A stretch of 64,000 bases of DNA from Octopus vulgaris (Eukaryota), in contig OX597837.1 of assembly GCA_951406725.2 (NCBI GenBank), positions 34,658,001 to 34,722,000 of the forward strand, in the 5' to 3' direction. This document shows positions 38,632-50,725 of this stretch, in pieces. Each line of letters begins with the position of its first letter. Position 1 is the first letter of the stretch. A program made the position numbers and the translations under genes. The notes beneath the pieces were generated by a model. That model did not search any database. It was given only the letters and a program-made list of their open reading frames with translations, and was not told where the DNA came from.

Positions 38632-38873
38632 CATCATCATCATCATCATCATCATCGTTTAACGTCCGCTTTCCATGCTAGTATGGGTTGGACGGTTCAA
38701 CTGGGGTCTGGGAAGCCAGAAGGCTGCACCAGGCCCAGTCTGATCTGGCAGTATTTCTACAGCTGGATGACCTTCCTAACGCCAACCACTCCGTGAGTGT
38801 AGTGAGTGCTTTTTATGTGCCACCAGCACGGAGACCAGACGACGCTGGCAATGGCCACGATCGGATGGTGCCA
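38632..38873 (-). mobile_element. Family D
   Basis: Reverse-complement match. Confidence 0.85.
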
Positions 38874-39478
38874 GAAAAAAAAAAAAAAAAAAAAAAAAAA
38901 AAGCAAAGTGAGAGAAGCTGCAATGACTATTCAAAGCTAACAAGACCAGGGAGAGGAAAAGACAGCTTGCAGTCGAGAACAGGGGAGAAAGGGCATCACT
39001 GGCCCAAGGTTCATAGGGAGTGAAGGGATCGAGTAATACCGGAGTGTTATCCATCATACGACAGGTATCTTTGGAAGTATGTGTTTAGAATTACGGATCA
39101 GAGACAAGGAAGGAAAAGAAGTGGCGAGTGGACAGAGAAGGAGAGAAGGATTGAGAAATCTAAGCTTATTTATAATCTGAAGAGGCTAAAAAGCTAAAGC
39201 CTTGGAGCAGTCAATGTTAATCTTTCTTAAAAATAAAAGGGAAAATGATTAGTTCCATCAAGCTATTCAAGGTAGTGCCCCAGTATGGTATAGGCATGGT
39301 TATATGCTAAGAAGTTGGCTTCCAAACAACATAGGTCTGGGTTTAGTCCCACTGCATGGTACCTTGGTCAAGTTCTTGTACTATAGCCTCGGGCCAACCA
39401 CCATAGCCTTGTGAGCAGCTCTGGTTGATGGAAACTGAAAGAAGCCCATCATGTAAGTCTGTATTTTATATTATATAT

Positions 39479-39512
<34 letters not shown>

Positions 39513-39516
<4 letters not shown>

Positions 39517-39791
39517 CATAAGGGACTAAAGCCATCTGAATATGGCTAGGGACAGGGCAGGGTGGTGGGGGTGTTACTGTTGCATTTAGCCCCAGGCGAA
39601 CATCGACGTCGCCAGATAGGCTTGACACCATCACGGTGTCCTTTAACCTGCAAAGGGAGATAATTCCCCGATGAAGCGGCAAGCCTATCTGGCGACGTCG
39701 ATGTTCGCCTGGGGCTAAATGCAACAGTAACACCCCCACCACCCTGCCCTGTCCCTAGCCATATTCAGATGGCTTTAGTCCCTTATGTTAT
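39513..39791. repeat. Perfect 112-bp inverted repeat with 55-bp spacer (PLE-like)
   Basis: Arms 39513-39624 and 39680-39791 are exact reverse complements; the insert (to ~39835) is flanked by (TA)n. Confidence 0.95.
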
Positions 39792-39914
39792 CGAGCAGTT
39801 ACTGTCTATATCTCTTTTAGAGAATTATTATTGCTATATATATATATATATTTTTTTTTTTTTGTACTTGTTTCAGTCATTTTGACTGCGGCCATGCTGG
39901 AGCACCGCCTTTAG

Positions 39915-40079
39915 AGTGGTGAAAGAGTACAGCAGGGATCACCACCTCCTGCCGGAGCCTCGTGGAGCTTTTAGGTGTTTTTTTCGCTCAATAAACACAC
40001 ACAACGCCCGGTCTGGGAATCGAAACCGCGATCCTCCGACCGCAAGTCCGCTGCCCTAACCACTAGGCCATTGCGCCTC
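39915..40079 (-). mobile_element. SINE family C, 5' half
   Basis: Matches head of 13149-13529. Confidence 0.88.
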
Positions 40080-40280
40080 ATATGGCTGTGTGGTTAGGGA
40101 GCTTGCTTCCTAGCTACATGGTTTCAGGTTCAGTCCCACTGCGTGGCACTTCGGGTAGGTGTCTTCCACTATAGCCCCGAGCCGACCAGAGCTTTGTGAT
40201 TGAATTCGGTAGGTGGAAGTTACTGCCGTGTGTGTATGTGTGCGTATAGCTGCTCAGTGCCTCTCCGAAAGAGAGAGAGG

Positions 40281-40327
<47 letters not shown>

Positions 40328-40476
40328 AGATTAATCAGCCGAAATTGCGAGGATGATCCGGTTCTTGACTGAAGATTAGAGGCTTCGAATGACCCGTCCG
40401 TTTTCATATCGTCTATTTGAATGTTTTGCGTTCTTGTCCCATTTTGTATTTTTTTTGATATATTTTTTATACATAC

Positions 40477-40514
<38 letters not shown>

Positions 40515-40519
40515 ATGTC

Positions 40520-40577
40520 TTTGTACATGTGTTTGTTCCCAATACTTAACTGATCTTGGTTTGTTTATGTTCCTGTC

Positions 40578-40621
<44 letters not shown>

Positions 40622-40779
40622 GCTTCTTTCAGTATCCATCTACCAAATCCACTCATAAAGGTTTGGTCGGCTCAAGACTTTAGTAGAAGACACTTGCCCA
40701 AGATGCCATGCAGTGGGACTGAACCCGGAACCGTGTGGTTGGGAAGCAAGCTTCTTACCACACAGCCACTCCTGCACCT
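40520..40779 (-). mobile_element. SINE family A, 5' half
   Basis: Reverse-complement match. Confidence 0.85.
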
Positions 40780-41965
40780 ATAAACGAACACTAATTTTCC
40801 AGAATAAGAATATCTATGACCTGCAAATAAAAATCAAATAAAACAGATTTCTTATTTGTATATTTGCAATGAATGTGCTATTATCTTTCTAACTTTTATC
40901 AACATAATTACAATCTGCTCCATTGAAAACTTATCTCTGCAGAATTATATTAGAAAATTAAATTAAAAAAAAAATTTTGAAAATGTATTTTTCAGGAAGT
41001 TAACATAACAGGTGAGACACACTCAGCCTGCACCTCTCATGTTAACTCCCTCTGCAGTGGGACTCAACCCGAAACCATGTGGTTGGTAAGCCACTCCTGC
41101 ACCTACGGCCACTCCTCTGCCTATATATATATATACATATATGTATATATATATATACATATATGTATATATATATATACATATATGTATATATATATAT
41201 ACATATATGTATATATATATATACATATATGTATATATATATTTCAAACTATTATAATGAATACGGAAACAGGTACATCCTCAATATTTTCTTACAGCAT
41301 AATTATTTGATAACAATGACTGGCATATGTTTCAGCTGCACAGTGTATTTGCAGTTGCGCATACAACCCATCATAATCTTATGTTGATTTCAGTTCAGGG
41401 TCTTTCAGAAGTGTCATTCGAGGCGAACTAAATCAATTTATTTACATGTGGTTAGTTTAAGATGTCAAGTGAAGACAATATTTATTTGGTTATGAATATT
41501 ATCTGGATTATATAATATCTTGATAATATTCATAATTTATGGAAGTGAATCTGGAGTTACCTGTTGGAATAATTACAGTGAGATTGCTAAGACTTAGTGA
41601 TCATTGAGAATTTGTACTGCTTGATGCAATTAGCTATAACCTGGAATATACCAGAGAGCTACTACGGTACCTGTCTGGATAATTTTATCCCTATACACTG
41701 ACATAATACACAAACACATACACACATACACGCACACCTGTTTGGAAACTGATGATGGGAATACAGGTAAACATTTGTTATGCTTGATTGTGAATTTCTT
41801 GTATTTTAGTTTCATTGTTCTGAGTTGTCCTTTGTTCTTCCAAAGACGAAGAACATTTATGGATTCATAGTCTGTGGAGATCACTAACATCAGTATTGAT
41901 TGGTTTTTCGTCATAGGTAATCTAATTACACTTAGATATTCATGCCTAGGTTTGGGAGGTTCTGT

Positions 41966-42005
<40 letters not shown>

Positions 42006-42194
42006 TAGATAGATATATAAACGATATATATTATTCAAAGAAATTCCAACTCTGTTTGTTATGTTTTATTTATATTCTTTATAATATTAATGTAGAATAT
42101 AGAATATATAGTATAAATAATATATACATAGTAAAATGAAATGAATTATTGATTGTCTTATTGAATAGATGAAATATTGAATGTCAAATATTAA

Positions 42195-42238
42195 GGGACT
42201 AGTATACTTTCTTGCATTAAAGCAGTCTTCAAGGTCCC
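42195..42238 (-). ncRNA. Hammerhead-like motif with palindromic stem III
   Basis: GGGAC-CTTGAAGA-CTGC-TTTAAT-GCAA-GAAA-GTATAC-TA-GTCCC. Confidence 0.6.
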
Positions 42239-42261
42239 AGATTGTGACAGGAATGTTGCAA

Positions 42262-42309
<48 letters not shown>

Positions 42310-42381
42310 GTGATATTATTAAAATACCATCAAGAGTGGTAAGCGAATTATCGGCCATGCAGGCAAATTAATAAAATATAT

Positions 42382-42648
42382 ACATACAATATTAGATAGG
42401 TACATAATATACACAAGGGTTGTACATGAGTACCTATATCACTAAAAAATAGAAAACTGACCAGCATTGACTTGTTCTGACCCAGTAGAGGTAAGACATT
42501 ATTATTGATCACTGATATTTTTTCCTATCATGTCTGTAATAGATTTGTGACTATTTGGTGGTATAGAAGTATGTTTTGAATTCTATTTTTTAGCGATATA
42601 GGTACTCATATAGTACCCTTGTGTATATATATGTACATATCTAATATT

Positions 42649-42654
<6 letters not shown>
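42382..42654. repeat. Imperfect ~73-bp inverted repeat with ~127-bp spacer
   Basis: 42382-42453 vs 42581-42654; whole insert bounded by (TA)n. Confidence 0.85.
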
Positions 42655-42684
<30 letters not shown>

Positions 42685-42686
42685 TG

Positions 42687-42729
<43 letters not shown>

Positions 42730-42731
<2 letters not shown>

Positions 42732-42922
42732 GATGGGAAGGTTTACAAAAATAAACAAAAGACGAAGGCAGGTGGAGTACAAACAAACAAATGTATTAGT
42801 ATGGCGGTCAGGAATAGAAACAGAACAAGTCTTTTACGTTTCGAGCCTACGCTCTTTGACAGAAAGATACACAGAAAAAAAACAAGGAGAGAAAAAAAAT
42901 GCGTGTAGGAGCTAATGATCTA
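42730..42922 (-). mobile_element. Short (TA)n-adjacent element with minimal hammerhead variant
   Basis: Minus 42867-42830: TCTTT-CTGTCAA-A-GAGC-GTAG-GCTC-GAAA-CG-TA-AAAGA. Confidence 0.6.
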
Positions 42923-43120
42923 TGCCAGTCACATGTAAAATGCACCCAGCTCATTCTGCTAAGTGGCTGGTGTTAAGAAGGGTATCCATTCATGGAAAGC
43001 ATGCCACAACATACAATTGGAGTCAGGACAGCTCCCAGTTGGCCAGCTCCATGTCAAACCATCTAACCCATGCCGGCATGGAAATCAGATGTTAAACACT
43101 GTTGTTGATGATGAGGAGGA

Positions 43121-43155
<35 letters not shown>

Positions 43156-44081
43156 AGAGAATGAGAGGGAAGTGAGAGACATAAAGATGTAGCTAGCAAG
43201 CTGTACATTAATAAAATCTATGACTAGTGAAGCAAGAACTCAGATGACATCATTAAGTAATGTATAATAAATGTATAATAACCTAATATATTCTGCTTGA
43301 CTATTGTGACATAGAAAAACTTACTGATATCATTATGTGTGCTGTGTCTAGTAAAGCAGTACCCAGACAGAGACATAGTGTCATTATTAGGGATATGTAA
43401 TTAAGAGAGTACACAGTAAGACTTCAATTATCCGAGACAGACTGAGAAAATTCCGTTCAGATAATTGATCGTTTGAGGGGTGTACCTCGTCATAAACAAT
43501 AGAAGTCATATTGAATATAATTATGTGAAAGAATACAGAAAAAGGTATAAAATAAAAGTAAAAACACATGCACATTTGTTGAGGTTTTTTTTTTTATGTC
43601 ATTCAGTTTATAAAACTGTTATAGACTTGTGCAATCTTTGAAGTCGACAGCCGAGACACTGTAAAATCTTGTTTGTTTGTTTTTGTTTTTTCTTCTCTTG
43701 ATTGTCAATACTGTTAGCTTTCTCATCACAGTCATGGTAACACAGCAACAAACTTGATTACTTCTAACAGATCTGTACACTGTACAAATGCATACAGGTG
43801 AATAAAGATGCCAGAGATTCTTTCTTTTTTTTTTCTTTTTTTTTTTCTTTTTGCAGCATTTTGAATCAGAGACTTCATGGTTACAAAGCAACTTTCTTAA
43901 TCATTGTGCAATAAAATACAGACACGTTATAGCTACACCATTGATTTCCCAGTATCCTTGAATGCAAAACCTTGGTCACATAATAATAATAATAATCACT
44001 CGCCCTAGGATACTGGGTGTGTCTCGGTGAGTGATCGTAACAAACATGAGATTAAAAGTAAATAATAATAATTATAATAAT

Positions 44082-44560
44082 TGTCTTGGTATAAAAGATG
44101 GACTACAGCAAACATTCTGCTCAGTACTACAAATTTGCTTGTCAGTTGCTTGACCGTAACCAGTTGAGCATGTCCCTTAGTGGCTGGCAATATGTGCATC
44201 TCTGATCATGAGCAGAAGTAGTGGGAGAGCATCATAGCCATGTGTTGAGAGGAATTCTGTGGGGTTTGGATAATTCACCTTTGGAAACATGGGTGTTTCA
44301 TTCAACATCTTCAAACAATGTTTCGTTAAACATCTTATTCGAGGATCTTTTGAGTGGGATGGGTTACTCAACCTGAAGAAAATTATAACTGGGTCCCACC
44401 TGCAAAGTCGTGTGCTGTTTATCTTGATATGGGATCACCAAGTCGCACACATATGGTTGTGATGCATGTGCTTGGTGTACTCTATTCAGATAGGTAGTCA
44501 TGATGGGTATACTGGGGTTCATATATTATACCCCAGTGTCACTTTGATGGCATGCACTGC
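44082..44560 (-). mobile_element. Unclassified ~480-bp interspersed repeat bounded by (TAA)n
   Basis: Complex block between TAA tracts; recalled as an octopus repeat, single copy here. Confidence 0.4.
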
Positions 44561-44888
44561 CACGAGTTAGAACTCAATAATAATAAGAAGGAGAATTCCT
44601 CAACACACCTCTAAGTGACTCATTATACACTTCCCATGTGTCTAACATACTACGAAGTGCCAGAAGCTTAAACAAATACAATGTTTTAAATATAAATTTA
44701 ATTAATGAACTACAAAACGTTGGGAATTACATTAGTACATTTATTAATTACTATATTTGCAAAGAATGCAGCAGCATTACTGCTTTCCAGGCATCTTGTA
44801 TTCCAGAAGTTGCAAGTGGGGCATCTGAGGTGTTCCAAGTTGAAGTTACAGAGCATAGATTCAACTTGGCTATCTTTTTAAATGCTTT

Positions 44889-45258
44889 ATCATCATCGTT
44901 TAACGTCCGTTTTCCGTGCTAGCACAGGTTGGACGGTTCGACCGGGGTCTGGGAAGCCAGGAGGCTGCACCAGGCTCCAGTCTGATCTGGCAGTGTTTCT
45001 ACAGCTGGATGCCCTTCCTAACGCCAACCACTCCGTGAGTGTAGTGGGTGCTTTTTGCGTGCCATCGACACAGGTGCCAGGGGAGTCTGGCAGTGGCTAC
45101 GATCGGTTGGTGCTTTCTACGTGCCACCGGCACAGAAGCCAGTCAAGGCGGCGCTGGCATCGGCCACGTTCGGATGGTGCTTTTTACGTGTCACCGGCAC
45201 AGGTATCACAACTACTATTTCCATTTGATATTTATTTCGATGTTCATGTAGTTGACTA
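44889..45258 (-). mobile_element. Family D long copy with three internal ~60-bp units
   Basis: TGCTTT(T/C)T(A/G)CGTG(C/T)CA..CACAG repeated three times. Confidence 0.85.
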
Positions 45259-45917
45259 AACAAAATTGTGTCACATGGCCTGGACCAGAACCCCATGGTC
45301 CATTTCTTTCAACAGTTCAACTTTATCTTGGGATGACACTGACTGGTGTTTACATTCCACACTATTATTGATGCTCTCACTTCTCTGAGCTGTCATAGCC
45401 AGAACTAAGGCTAACTTTGAGCTAAATACGCAGAGAATCTCTCAACATTTTTGTATTACCACTAACAAGTGCAGAGTAGATAATGGTTGTAAACAAATGG
45501 TACACACAATGTCACATGTGGTCATGCAGTGAACTAAACTGGTGGCCGCAGGAATATCAAGTTCCTCTTTGTAATTCGCTCAGATTAAAAGAGGTGCTGG
45601 ACCATTGGTTGCCAGAAAATTGGTAGTGTATATGTACTAAAGTTGTAGAATGACTGAAATCACCAACAACTTTTTTGTCATGCTAATAAGCTCTCAGTAA
45701 CTCTGTGTGTTTGTTTGCACATGCATACCTTTGTCTAGATATCAAATGATGATCGTAAATGAGTATTGTCTTCATATACGAGAGTATTCTTATCAAGTCT
45801 TCTGTGAAAAACATGTCTAGCAATAGGGAAATATTGCTTTGCTTGTAAACAGGAGAGGGTTAGCAACAGGAAGTGCATGTGGCTGTAGAAAATTTATCTC
45901 GAGATATTCCATCAGAC

Positions 45918-46101
45918 AAAGGCGGTGATCTGGCATTAGCACGACGGGTGAAATGCTTATCGTTACTTTCATCCTTTCATCCTCTCGGGGTCGATTAAAT
46001 AAGTACCAGTTAAGCACTGGGGTCGATATAATCGACTTAATCCGTTTGTCTGTCCTTGTTTGCCCTGTCTGTGTTTAACCCCTTGTGGGTAGTAAAGAAA
46101 T
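45918..46101 (+). mobile_element. SINE family B (internally deleted) nested in family D variant, 16-bp TSD
   Basis: AGATATTCCATCAGAC at 45902-45917 and 46102-46117. Confidence 0.88.
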
Positions 46102-46354
46102 AGATATTCCATCAGACTCATGCATGCATGGAAAAGTGGACATTAAATGATGATGCTATTTCAAAGTGACCAACAGAGATCAAACTACTGGACATCTGAC
46201 CATTGCAACAATGTCAGCAACACCTTTGTATTCTAACATTACAACAAATTCCTCAATCATTGCAAATTCATTTTCAATAATTGTAAACAAAAGGCAAAAT
46301 GGTAATGCTAGTATTATTCAGAGTGGTTAATCAAATATCCATAGGACCCTTCAA

Positions 46355-46574
46355 CCCTTTCGTTACCAACCCGGCTGAAACCGGCTCTGGCTCTGAGTAC
46401 AAATGTCTTGTTTTCATAAATTTCGAATTAAAATCTTCCACCAAACCTTAGTCACAATTTATGTTCCTAACACTAGCTTAATGATAACTAAGTTATTTTA
46501 CTAAAGTCTTTGTTATATTTAAAGTAATTGAAAGAAACACAGGGCATCTCTAAATAAATACAGTAACGAAAGGG
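46355..46574. mobile_element. piggyBac-type MITE 2 (second copy)
   Basis: TCAA|CCCTTTCGTTAC..GTAACGAAAGGG|TTAA; perfect 12-bp TIR. Confidence 0.88.
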
Positions 46575-46880
46575 TTAAATAATGTCATATTTGGATGAAT
46601 TGATGTTGGGATATCTGAGGTATGGATGTATTGTAAAAAAAAAAGAAACAGTGACATCACTTTGTGATGTCTCAGTGACACACGTGCACTGTCGGAGGAA
46701 TAATGACATCATTGGTAGTCATATATAATTAACCTAGTTAGGTAAACGGAGGAATAATGGCATTAGTAGGAGCTGTGTAATTAACTTGGTTTCCTGTAAT
46801 AATACTGATCTCGTCCCAGCAACGTCGTTAGGTGCTATAAACAAGATAGGCATTATGATGCAATGGCATGCATGTGATTA

Positions 46881-47110
46881 CAACTGCGCATTTTGTAATA
46901 GCTTATGACATCAACAGAAGAACTGTGAAAGGCTAGCAAGGACACCGTGATGGTGTCGGTCCTTCTGGTGACGTCAATGATCGCCTGGGGCTAAATGCAT
47001 CAGTAACACCCCCCACCACCCCGCCCTGTCCCTAGCCACATTCAGATGGCTGATTACCCCTTACATTATAGAGCAGTTACTGTTTATATCTCGCTCAGAG
47101 ATTTATTATT
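46881..47110 (-). mobile_element. Diverged single-arm relative of the 39.5-kb palindrome element
   Basis: CGCCTGGGGCTAAATGCA..CCCTGTCCCTAGCCA..TTCAGATGGC..GAGCAGTTACTG shared; decayed hammerhead at 46917-46881. Confidence 0.75.
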
Positions 47111-47380
47111 ATAAGAAACTGTTTTTCAGGAAAAGGACCTAAGAAAGGAGTTATAGGGAGTTAGTGACCCAATGGGAAGGGTATAATAGGCAAAAGGGAG
47201 AGAGAGAGAGAAAGATAAGGGGGAAAAGATGACGTAAGAGAAAGTGAGAGAAGGGGTGAGAAAAGAAGAAATAAAGAGATTATAGAGAGGTGGAGAAGGT
47301 ATAGTCTTTTACTAGTTTCAGCCACTGGACAATGCCCATGCTGCAGCAGCACCATCCTTAAAGGTTTTATGGAAATTATA

Positions 47381-47609
47381 TCTCTTTACTACCCACAAGG
47401 GGCTAAACACAGAGAGGACAAACAATGACAGACAAACAGATTAAGTCGATTATATCGACCCCAGTACATAACTGGTACTTATTTAATCGACCCCGAAAGG
47501 ATAAAAGGCAAAGTCGACCTCGGCGGAATTTGAACTCAGAACGTAACGGCAGACGAAATACCGATAAGCATTTCGCCCAGCGTGCTAACGATTCTGCCAG
47601 CTCGCCGCC
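47381..47609 (-). mobile_element. SINE family B, full length, ~16-bp TSD
   Basis: TTTTATGG(A/C)AATTATA at 47365-47380 and 47610-47625. Confidence 0.9.
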
Positions 47610-47881
47610 TTTTATGGCAATTATATCACTGTGCTCCCACCCTAGTACTTATTGCAACCAGGTACTCATTTTATTGATCCCTAATTATCAAATGGCAAAT
47701 TTACCTTTTGACATGAAGGGCTACTAGTTAATATTTTACACAATTAAACACACACATGCAACAGGCTTCCTACAGTCTCCATCTACTAAATTCACTTGCA
47801 AAGCATTGGCTGGCTCATACACAGACATATACTCTTTTACTTGTTTCAGTCATTTGACTGCGGCCATGCTGGAGCACCGCC

Positions 47882-47912
<31 letters not shown>

Positions 47913-48308
47913 TATAAATACATACATATATATGTAAATATGTGTGTGTGATGATGACTGAAACAAGTAAAAGGTAAATGTGGCCATACTGGAGCACTGC
48001 TTTGAAGGACTTAGTTGGACAAATCAACCCCAGTAATTTTTCTGCTGTTTTCTTTATGCCAAACTGTTAAGTTACAGGGGTAATATATATATATACCTAT
48101 ATCATCATCATCATTATTTTAACACTTTACCATCTAAACTGGCCACATCCAATGCAAATAGCCTGTTTTATGTTCAAACTAGCCATATCCAGCATCCTGC
48201 ATTTACCCTGCAATGTCATTCCAAAAACAAACAATCACATCTTTAAAATCCCTAAGCTACAAGATAATACATGATTAATATTTTAAGCATTACATTTGAC
48301 AGAATACT

Positions 48309-48781
48309 TATTTCTTTACTACCCACAAGGGGCTAAACACAGAGGGGACAAACGAGGACAGACAAAGGGATTAAGTCAATTATATCGACCCCAGGAGGGC
48401 GGCGAGCTGGCAGAAACGTTAGCATGCCGGGCGAAATGCGTAGCCGTATTTCGTCTGCCGTTACCTTCTCAGTTCAAATTCCGCCGAGGTCGACTTTGCC
48501 TTTCATCCTTTCAGGGTCGATAAATTAAGTACCAGTTATGCACTGGGGTCGATATAATCGACATAATCCGTTTGTCTGTCCTTGTTTGTCCCCTCTGTGT
48601 TTAGCCCCTTGTGGGTAGTAAAGAAATATATATTGACCCCAGTGTGTAACTGGTACTAATTTAATTGACCCCGAAAGGATGAAAGGCAAAGTCGACCTCG
48701 GCGGAATTTGAACTCAGAACGTAGCGGTAGACAAAATACCGCTAAGAATTTCGCCCGGTGTGCTAACGTTTCTGCCAGCTA
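48309..48781 (-). mobile_element. SINE family B host copy split by nested insertion
   Basis: 48309-48394 and 48643-48781 join into one minus-strand element. Confidence 0.88.
48395..48628 (+). mobile_element. SINE family B nested antisense in family B, 14-bp TSD
   Basis: TATAT(C/T)GACCCCAG at 48381-48394 and 48629-48642. Confidence 0.9.
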
Positions 48782-49364
48782 CCCTGAATGGTAATGGGTT
48801 TAATACCTTCTTTTCTATGCTTGCATGGGTCAGGCAAGATTACACTGAAGCAGTTTTCTGGGGCCAGAAGCCTCACCTGTTTTCAAGCAAGGTAGAAACC
48901 TTTCCAGTCTACTGAGCAACAAACAGCCCCCTGGACATAGATCACGAGGAGAAGAGGAAACGAATGACACTGTTTAAATACATTTTTTTTTTCTTTGCAA
49001 AGATAACACAACATGTTAAGACATGTCGAGAAGCCTGGACATAGCTGTCACAGCAGCCCTGCAAGCAAACAATACCGTCTGCATGGAGAGAGGTACCATT
49101 GATTGCAATTAATCAGTGGAAACATATGAAGATATGAGGAAATGGAAATATGAATCGTTGACACATGCACACACGGAACCCCCACCCCCACCCCCAATTC
49201 TTTGTAGAGATTGGATCTTGAAGCACATATTAAGCTATAAATAATAGCAAGTGATGATGATGAATATCGGGTAAATACTGACATGCTATTAATTATATGT
49301 CCAATTTCAAGAAAGAATTATCTCATGCTCCCTCAAAAGTTTTTAAATTCTTAGGGTCTCAATA

Positions 49365-49670
49365 ATATGTGCATGTGTGTGTGTGTTTGTGTGCATTTGT
49401 GTGTGTGTGTATGTATGTATGTGTGTTTGTATGAGTGTATTGGTGTGTGTGTGTGCGTGCATGTGTGCATTTGTGTGTGCGTGTGTGTTTGTATGAGTGT
49501 ATTGGTGTGTGTGTGTGTGCGTGCATGTGTGCATTTGTGTGTGTGTGTGTATGTATGTACGTGTGTTTGTATGTATGTATTGGTGCGTGTGTATGCATGT
49601 GTGTGTATGTGTGTGTATTTGTGCGTTTGTGTGAGTACATGCACATGTGTGCATGTGTGTGTGTGTGTGT
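49365..49670. repeat. GT-rich cryptic repeat
   Basis: Directly visible. Confidence 0.85.
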
Positions 49671-50287
49671 GGGGGGGGGGCTTCCACACAGTTTCAGGTT
49701 CTGTCATATAAATTCATTCACAAGGCGTCGACCATTCCAGGACTACAAGTGATCATGAAATGGGATTAAAGCCAAAGCCACATGGTTTCAAAGTGAGCTT
49801 CTTGACCACACAAAACCACCCACATGTACATGTACGTGACATGCACAGTGAGAGGAGGTAGATAGATAAGTAGCACAGTTTATTAGAAATACACACACAC
49901 ACATATGTATATAGGGTAACACATATACATATGTAACACACATGTATACACACATATAGTGACATAGCTCACATACGCACACTTTGAAAGGAGATATATA
50001 GAGACATATGGCTCAATGTTCCATAGGCACACACATAAACACACACACATACATACATAGAGAAATATCTAGGGTACTAGAAGCAAACACAACACACACA
50101 CACATACACACACACTTCTGTGGTGAGTTTAGCTAAAGTGCAGATTAATCTACCTCAACTCCCAGGGAACTCACATACATACTGAGAGACACACAGACAG
50201 ACATACACAAGAGCTCATTGTACCATCGTCAGCAGTTTTCTGACATCATACTAACCCTTCTGTTACCATGTTTTGTTGAAATACACA

Positions 50288-50450
50288 GTCGCAGGAGTGG
50301 CTGTGTGGTAAGTAGCTTGTTTACCAACCAACATGGTTCCGGGTTCAGTCCCACTGCGTGGCACCTTGGGCAAGTGTCTTCTACTATAGCCTCGGGCCGA
50401 CCAATGCCTTGTGAATGGAGTTGGTAGACGGAAACTGAAAGAAGCCCATC

Positions 50451-50505
<55 letters not shown>

Positions 50506-50725
50506 TGTGTGTGTTTGTGTGTCTGTGTTTGTCCCCCTAGCATTGCTTGACAACCGATGCTGGTGTGTTTACGTCCCCGTTACTTAGTGGTTCGGCAAAA
50601 AAGACCGATAGAATAAGTACTGGGCTTACAAAAGAATAAGTCCCGGGGTCGAGTTGCTCGATTAAATGCGGTGCTCCAGCATGGCCGCAGTCAAATGACT
50701 GAAACAAGTAAAAGAGTAAAAGAGT
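50288..50725 (+). mobile_element. SINE family A, full length
   Basis: Matches 13548-13972. Confidence 0.92.

Noticed and set aside
38903-39160. Possible old LINE 3' fragment next to an A-run
   Set aside because: Too decayed to assign from sequence alone
40325-40470. TA-bounded insert containing CTGAAGA..TTCGAA
   Set aside because: GAAA and stem III are missing; may be a PLE fragment but the ribozyme is unsupported
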